This document shows positions 28,424 through 32,000 of a stretch of 32,000 bases of DNA, piece after piece. The translations under genes were made by a program, and so were the position numbers. Under the pieces are notes generated by a model. The model saw only the letters and a list, made by a program, of their open reading frames with translations. It did not search any database and was not told where the DNA came from. Positions within the stretch are counted from its first letter, which is position 1. Every line of letters begins with the position of its first letter. The DNA is taken from positions 1-32,000 of the forward strand of contig JBKSMP010000019.1 of NCBI GenBank assembly GCA_046881885.1. Reading direction: 5' to 3'. The DNA comes from Opitutales bacterium (GTDB lineage: Bacteria; Verrucomicrobiota; Verrucomicrobiia; Opitutales; UBA9783).

Positions 28424-28808
28424 GTAATTCTCCTCCGTAAATTTCATATAATGAAAAAGAAGCGTTGCCTTTATAATGTGTTTGAACGCGATACAAAGTC
28501 GCTGATTCAAGTTGAAAACATCGATGAGCTTTATCCTCAAAATCAAGCAGCAACACACCATTTGCCTGCTGTAATTCGCTTGCGTGCACTAAGGCATGTT
28601 GAGCAGCGTCTTGCTGAGATCGATGTTTACGACCCACTTCAAAAATTAGCTTCGTTTGCAGATTTCCACGGTTACAGGTTTGGCTAAAGGTCGCTCGAAT
28701 TGCTTTTACAATTTGCAGATTTCTTTGACTAGTAATTTCAAACCGAGAGGGTGTTTCATTCGCCAAATTTCCGCCACACAAAACATGTTCATTTAAGGTG
28801 ATTTTCAT
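28410..28808 (-). CDS. Hypothetical phage protein (132 aa)
   Basis: Starts 1 nt after the upstream stop. No family recognised. The position after the neck genes would normally hold a tail tube or major tail gene, but I cannot support that call. Confidence 0.45.
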   Translation of the reverse strand: MKITLNEHVLCGGNLANETPSRFEITSQRNLQIVKAIRATFSQTCNRGNLQTKLIFEVGRKHRSQQDAAQHALVHASELQQANGVLLLDFEDKAHRCFQLESATLYRVQTHYKGNASFSLYEIYGGELHANH

Positions 28809-28809
28809 A

Positions 28810-29250
28810 TTAAAAAATAAGTGAAAATTGAGAACTTATGAAATGCATTTGAAGGGCCAATCCATTGTCTACTTCTAACCATTTCCAAGGGTTTTTGGGT
28901 TCTAAAATAAAGCAACCTTCCCACTGATCATGCTCAAACTTTTTATGGGAAATAACATAACAAAGTTGTTCTGCAAGATCGAGAAAGGAGCCTTTTTCGG
29001 CACTTAAATGCTTTCGTATGAGCGTACACTGCAAGGACAATTTCTCCCAACATAACTCCGAAATGTTCGAAACGGTTTCTACAGGAAAAGGTGTCGATAG
29101 ATAAAGCTGCAAGGGTTTTAGAGAAGCCGATTTACGCGTTGTCTCCAAAGCATCGAAGGTTTCAGGAATAAATGAAACAGCTTTAAACATAAGCTCTTTT
29201 TGAAGATCTTCGATAATGGTCTTTTGTATACTTTGCAAAATGGGTTTCAT
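28810..29250 (-). CDS. Putative head-closure or tail-terminator-type neck protein
   Basis: 146 aa. The N-terminus MKPILQSIQKTIIEDLQKEL resembles the starts of gpU/gp37/HK97-gp10-type neck proteins. ATGA overlap with the upstream ORF. Assignment rests on position and size. Confidence 0.35.
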   Translation of the reverse strand: MKPILQSIQKTIIEDLQKELMFKAVSFIPETFDALETTRKSASLKPLQLYLSTPFPVETVSNISELCWEKLSLQCTLIRKHLSAEKGSFLDLAEQLCYVISHKKFEHDQWEGCFILEPKNPWKWLEVDNGLALQMHFISSQFSLIF

Positions 29251-29711
29251 AAGCCTCTTAAGGTTTTATAGGTGGTATCTTTTGGACGAAAGCGCACAGC
29301 TTCTAGCTTGTGTACGCGTTTATTTTCTTGGGATTGTTCACGCCAAGACTGCTGAAATTGTTCTAAGCTTGTTCGCGCTTGTTGGGCATTCCGAACTTGA
29401 TCTTCCGACAATTTTAATTCCGGAATACGCGTTTGAAGCGCTTCAATCACCAAGTGACAGGCACCTAATTTACAAGCAGTAGGAACGTGATTACGCGCTA
29501 AGGGATTCGGACGTAGCTTTTCTGGCACCCTTGCTTGAATATAAGCACAAACGTCATTTATAATTGTCTTCAGGGGCGTTTGATGTTCCGTAATGCCATG
29601 ATTCGACAAAAGCGTCACTTGATCATTTGCCAAATAATCTGCAATCGCGTCTGTTTCTAAAAAAATCCAATCTAATGTCGTCATAAGTAGAAGATCGGGA
29701 ATGGCTTTCAT
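29247..29711 (-). CDS. Putative head-tail adaptor (Mu gp36/DUF1320-like)
   Basis: 154 aa, immediately after the capsid candidate. Loose pattern similarity to gp36-type proteins (helical, conserved R/P-rich central segment). Weak. Confidence 0.4.
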   Translation of the reverse strand: MKAIPDLLLMTTLDWIFLETDAIADYLANDQVTLLSNHGITEHQTPLKTIINDVCAYIQARVPEKLRPNPLARNHVPTACKLGACHLVIEALQTRIPELKLSEDQVRNAQQARTSLEQFQQSWREQSQENKRVHKLEAVRFRPKDTTYKTLRGL

Positions 29712-29726
29712 TCCCGAAAATAAGGG

Positions 29727-30632
29727 TTATTCTTGCTTTGCAGTTAATTGAGTAATGTTGGTATTCGATGTCACAACGATATTGCTGTAATGCTCCACGG
29801 TAATATCCGTAAACTTCGTATGCTCTTCCAGGTAAACACGGAAAAGATTACCATCTTCACTCGGCGTTACAAAACGTTTAATATTGGAAGGTTCATCCTT
29901 TAATAAACCGTTTTGAGCATAAAAAGCAAAGATCTCGTTACCATTCAACTCATCTCCCTGGATACCCAAATGTTGCTTTTTAAGTAGCTGGATACCTTCA
30001 ACAAGCAATTTTTCCGACAAATGCTCACGTGACATTTCAGCCGAAATACGAGCTCCTGCGTTATCCTGAAGCGCATAACAATCTTGCCGCAAATACCATG
30101 CCAGTTCTCCAAAAAGCAGACGATTTGGATAAAATCCGTGCTCATAACTTGCCAAAAGCAAAGTTTCTCGGATATCCACGTCCGGCTGACTTTCTGCAGT
30201 CCACGTCTTCTCCACAACATTTGCATTTGTTTTTAACGCAGAAATCGCTCGTCTTAATTCGTTACGATACAAGCGTTTCATAAGCATATGTACGTAACGT
30301 TCCTGCCAATCCTCTCCAACGATATCATCTGTATCTACGCGAATCGTTAAACCTTTATTTAAGGTCTTAGCCTGAACCATAGAACCTGAAAACTCGATGC
30401 GCTTAAAACTGCTACCCGATGCACGCAAATCATCTTGTTCTGAACAAAAGATTTCGTCTGTTTCCGATTTTTTGTATTCAAAACGACGGGCAACAGGTAC
30501 TTTAGGTGCAATGAAATTAAGTAAATTCTCAACACCTTCCGTATCGGTCCAATTCTTTGTAAATTGCGTCAAAACCTCCGAATAATGGTTCTGATTAAAC
30601 TGACTTTCTTTTGCTTGTGTAAGTGTTTCCAT
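29727..30632 (-). CDS. Putative major capsid protein (HK97-fold candidate)
   Basis: 301 aa. Position is protease, then DUF2190-like, then this ORF. A long basic helix DWQERYVHMLMKRLYRNELRRAISALK resembles the spine-helix region of gpE-like capsid proteins. Not obviously Mu gpT-like. Confidence 0.55.
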   Translation of the reverse strand: METLTQAKESQFNQNHYSEVLTQFTKNWTDTEGVENLLNFIAPKVPVARRFEYKKSETDEIFCSEQDDLRASGSSFKRIEFSGSMVQAKTLNKGLTIRVDTDDIVGEDWQERYVHMLMKRLYRNELRRAISALKTNANVVEKTWTAESQPDVDIRETLLLASYEHGFYPNRLLFGELAWYLRQDCYALQDNAGARISAEMSREHLSEKLLVEGIQLLKKQHLGIQGDELNGNEIFAFYAQNGLLKDEPSNIKRFVTPSEDGNLFRVYLEEHTKFTDITVEHYSNIVVTSNTNITQLTAKQE

Positions 30633-30634
30633 AA

Positions 30635-31069
30635 TTATTTAACTTTAAGGTTACGTGGTAATGAGGTAAGGACTTCGATACATCCATCTTTTTGTCCATC
30701 TTCGAGCGCTAAACCAATGATACAATAGGTACCGGCCTCAGACGGTAAAGCTTGAGCATGTCCATTATCTGCAAGACAAAGCAACTGACCGGCTTTAACC
30801 TTCGAAGCAATACGAATTTTAGCCGTTCGAGCACACGAAGAAAGGGGTTGCACGCAGATAAGATCGTCCTTTACTTCCGCATTATACTGCGAAACTCCCC
30901 AAGGAATTTCTGTTTTAGGACAGATTTTGACATAATTTGCATCGCCATCAAAACAAACCAAGCAATACGCTTGTAAATCGTCTGTTTTGGAACGTTTCGT
31001 TAACATTCCTTCGTGTACCCCAACGGCGTTATGCGCATTGGCCATAATTATTTTTTTAGTTGTTTTCAT
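30635..31069 (-). CDS. DUF2190-like protein (head decoration or cement candidate)
   Basis: 144 aa (or 136 aa from MANAHN). Beta-rich with a G-containing C-terminal block (AGQLLCLADNGHAQ...GLALEDGQKDGCIEV), typical of DUF2190 genes that precede capsid genes. Confidence 0.45.
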   Translation of the reverse strand: MKTTKKIIMANAHNAVGVHEGMLTKRSKTDDLQAYCLVCFDGDANYVKICPKTEIPWGVSQYNAEVKDDLICVQPLSSCARTAKIRIASKVKAGQLLCLADNGHAQALPSEAGTYCIIGLALEDGQKDGCIEVLTSLPRNLKVK

Positions 31070-31075
31070 AAGAAA

Positions 31076-31657
31076 TTAGATATTATTTTTTTTAAAAACT
31101 GCATTCCAAGCTTCCGGATAACTTTCTCCAGTGGCTTTCATACGCTGATAAACTTTTTGAACAAAATTTAAAATTGCTACTTTTTCGGAACGTTTCTGGA
31201 CTGATTGCACCGGACAACCTTGCGTATTATTTGACTTATAAATCGGCTCTACCGGTAAATTCGGCGTATTAGTAAGGCCTACCGAAAGAAGCTTTTTGGG
31301 CACAAAGTGATCGTTGACTTCCTCCATTTCCCAGCGCGGAGACACATAACGATATCGTCCATTATCTATCAATTCTCGACCAGATTCTGTCCAATCTACT
31401 TGGATCCAAAGTCCGTTATCCTTTAAGCAAAAACGTCGAACATAGCCGTAAACAGTCATATTCATATGTTCAGGGAATTGCTGAAAATAGGCATCATCGG
31501 GATGACCCACATAAATAGGAATTTTCGTAAAACCAAAACGAAAGCGCCAGGTTTGCGTTTTCTTTACGCAAGCTTTCAGGGTTTCCTGCGATAAGTATTG
31601 CTTACCCAATCGATGGTAAAATTGTCCAAACGGTGATAATTGTATCCAAGTTTTCAT
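31076..31657 (-). CDS. Mu gpI-like phage protease (Mu-like prophage I protein family)
   Basis: 193 aa. Family blocks WIQLSPFGQFYH, IPIYVGHPDD, DNGLWIQVDWTESGRELIDNGRYRYVSPRW, SVGLTNTPNLP. ATGA overlap with the upstream ORF. Confidence 0.75.
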   Translation of the reverse strand: MKTWIQLSPFGQFYHRLGKQYLSQETLKACVKKTQTWRFRFGFTKIPIYVGHPDDAYFQQFPEHMNMTVYGYVRRFCLKDNGLWIQVDWTESGRELIDNGRYRYVSPRWEMEEVNDHFVPKKLLSVGLTNTPNLPVEPIYKSNNTQGCPVQSVQKRSEKVAILNFVQKVYQRMKATGESYPEAWNAVFKKNNI

Positions 31658-32000
31658 GATTTTTTCAATAAGTCTTCGTGGTTAGCTGGGGGATTGATGC
31701 CAAAATGCTCGCGAACATCGTTCAAACTGAGTTCGACCCCCATATCCCATAAGGTTTTAATAATGTTCAAATCGTTATTGAGATTTTTGTTTGGAGACGT
31801 CTTGAGCTGAAAATAAGCCTTAGGATGCTCTGTACCCTCCAAATACTTCAAAACGCAACGATCGATTTGCTCATGCAAGGTATCGGAAATCATTTGTGCA
31901 TCATCTTCTTCCAATAGATCTCGTTCAGCGTTTTGCACCGAACTTCCAAGGCCATGCTGCTGCCCCAAAGTCGTTAAGTCGGATCCACGCCATAAAGCCG
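31654..32000 (-). CDS. C-terminal part of a phage portal protein (Mu gp29/DUF935-like), 5'-truncated by the window
   Basis: The frame stays open to position 32000, so the TTG at 31968 in the track is an artefact. The C-terminal GVELSLNDVREHFGINPPANHEDLL resembles the G(L/V)...(F)G(I)P.P ending I recall for DUF935 portals. Lies directly upstream of the gpI-like gene. Confidence 0.5.
   Translation of the reverse strand, partial: ALWRGSDLTTLGQQHGLGSSVQNAERDLLEEDDAQMISDTLHEQIDRCVLKYLEGTEHPKAYFQLKTSPNKNLNNDLNIIKTLWDMGVELSLNDVREHFGINPPANHEDLLKKS

Larger units (their letters stand above)
25924..32000 (-). mobile_element. Phage-derived structural gene cluster (Mu-type portal/protease head module plus neck plus unassigned distal ORFs), truncated by the window edge
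   Basis: Ten co-oriented ORFs with junctions from -14 to +15 nt. Recognisable gpI-like protease and DUF935-like portal C-terminus. The remaining assignments rest on size and order. Confidence 0.7.

Noticed and set aside
28424-28561. Upstream part of the 86-aa track ORF (MVCCCLILRIKLIDVF...), which overlaps the 132-aa ORF by about 150 nt.
   Set aside because: The overlap is long, the sequence is hydrophobic and nonsense-like, and there is no SD. The strong GGAGGAG SD supports the internal ATG at 28423 instead.

Overview
About 32 kb of a fairly low-GC Gram-negative chromosome. Hand-sampled lines in core genes run roughly 38-47% G+C. A PVC-type small basic protein, RNase HIII, a non-flagellar T3SS secretin and a gyrB-gyrA pair suggest a PVC-superphylum organism (Chlamydiae, Verrucomicrobia or Lentisphaerae-like). 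I cannot name the taxon from sequence alone. Layout: (1) 480-14849, plus strand, tightly packed housekeeping genes: mutS, a DUF374 protein, a PFK-fold protein with degenerate catalytic motifs, fabD, lepA, an AT-rich zinc-ribbon orphan, a DEAD-box helicase, then dnaN-lolC/E-lolD-oxidoreductase-lpxB. (2) 14962-17440, an AT-richer two-gene T3SS fragment (YscB/CesT-like chaperone plus SctC secretin) with no other injectisome genes nearby. (3) 17595-22575, minus strand, gyrA and gyrB. (4) 22991-24745, plus strand, tRNA-Thr(CGU), small basic protein, efp, rnhC. (5) 24750-25778, minus strand, rsmA and rpsU. (6) 25924-32000, minus strand and running off the window, ten translationally coupled phage-derived ORFs. 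These are a DUF935-like portal C-terminus, a Mu gpI-like protease, a DUF2190-like protein, a capsid candidate and two neck-size proteins. They are followed by only about 3.4 kb of unassignable ORFs, with no recognisable tube, sheath or tape measure, and the cluster ends about 110 bp from rpsU. This phage-like cassette is the most unusual part of the window. I saw no CRISPR array, rRNA, IS element, integrase or recognisable defence or toxin-antitoxin genes.
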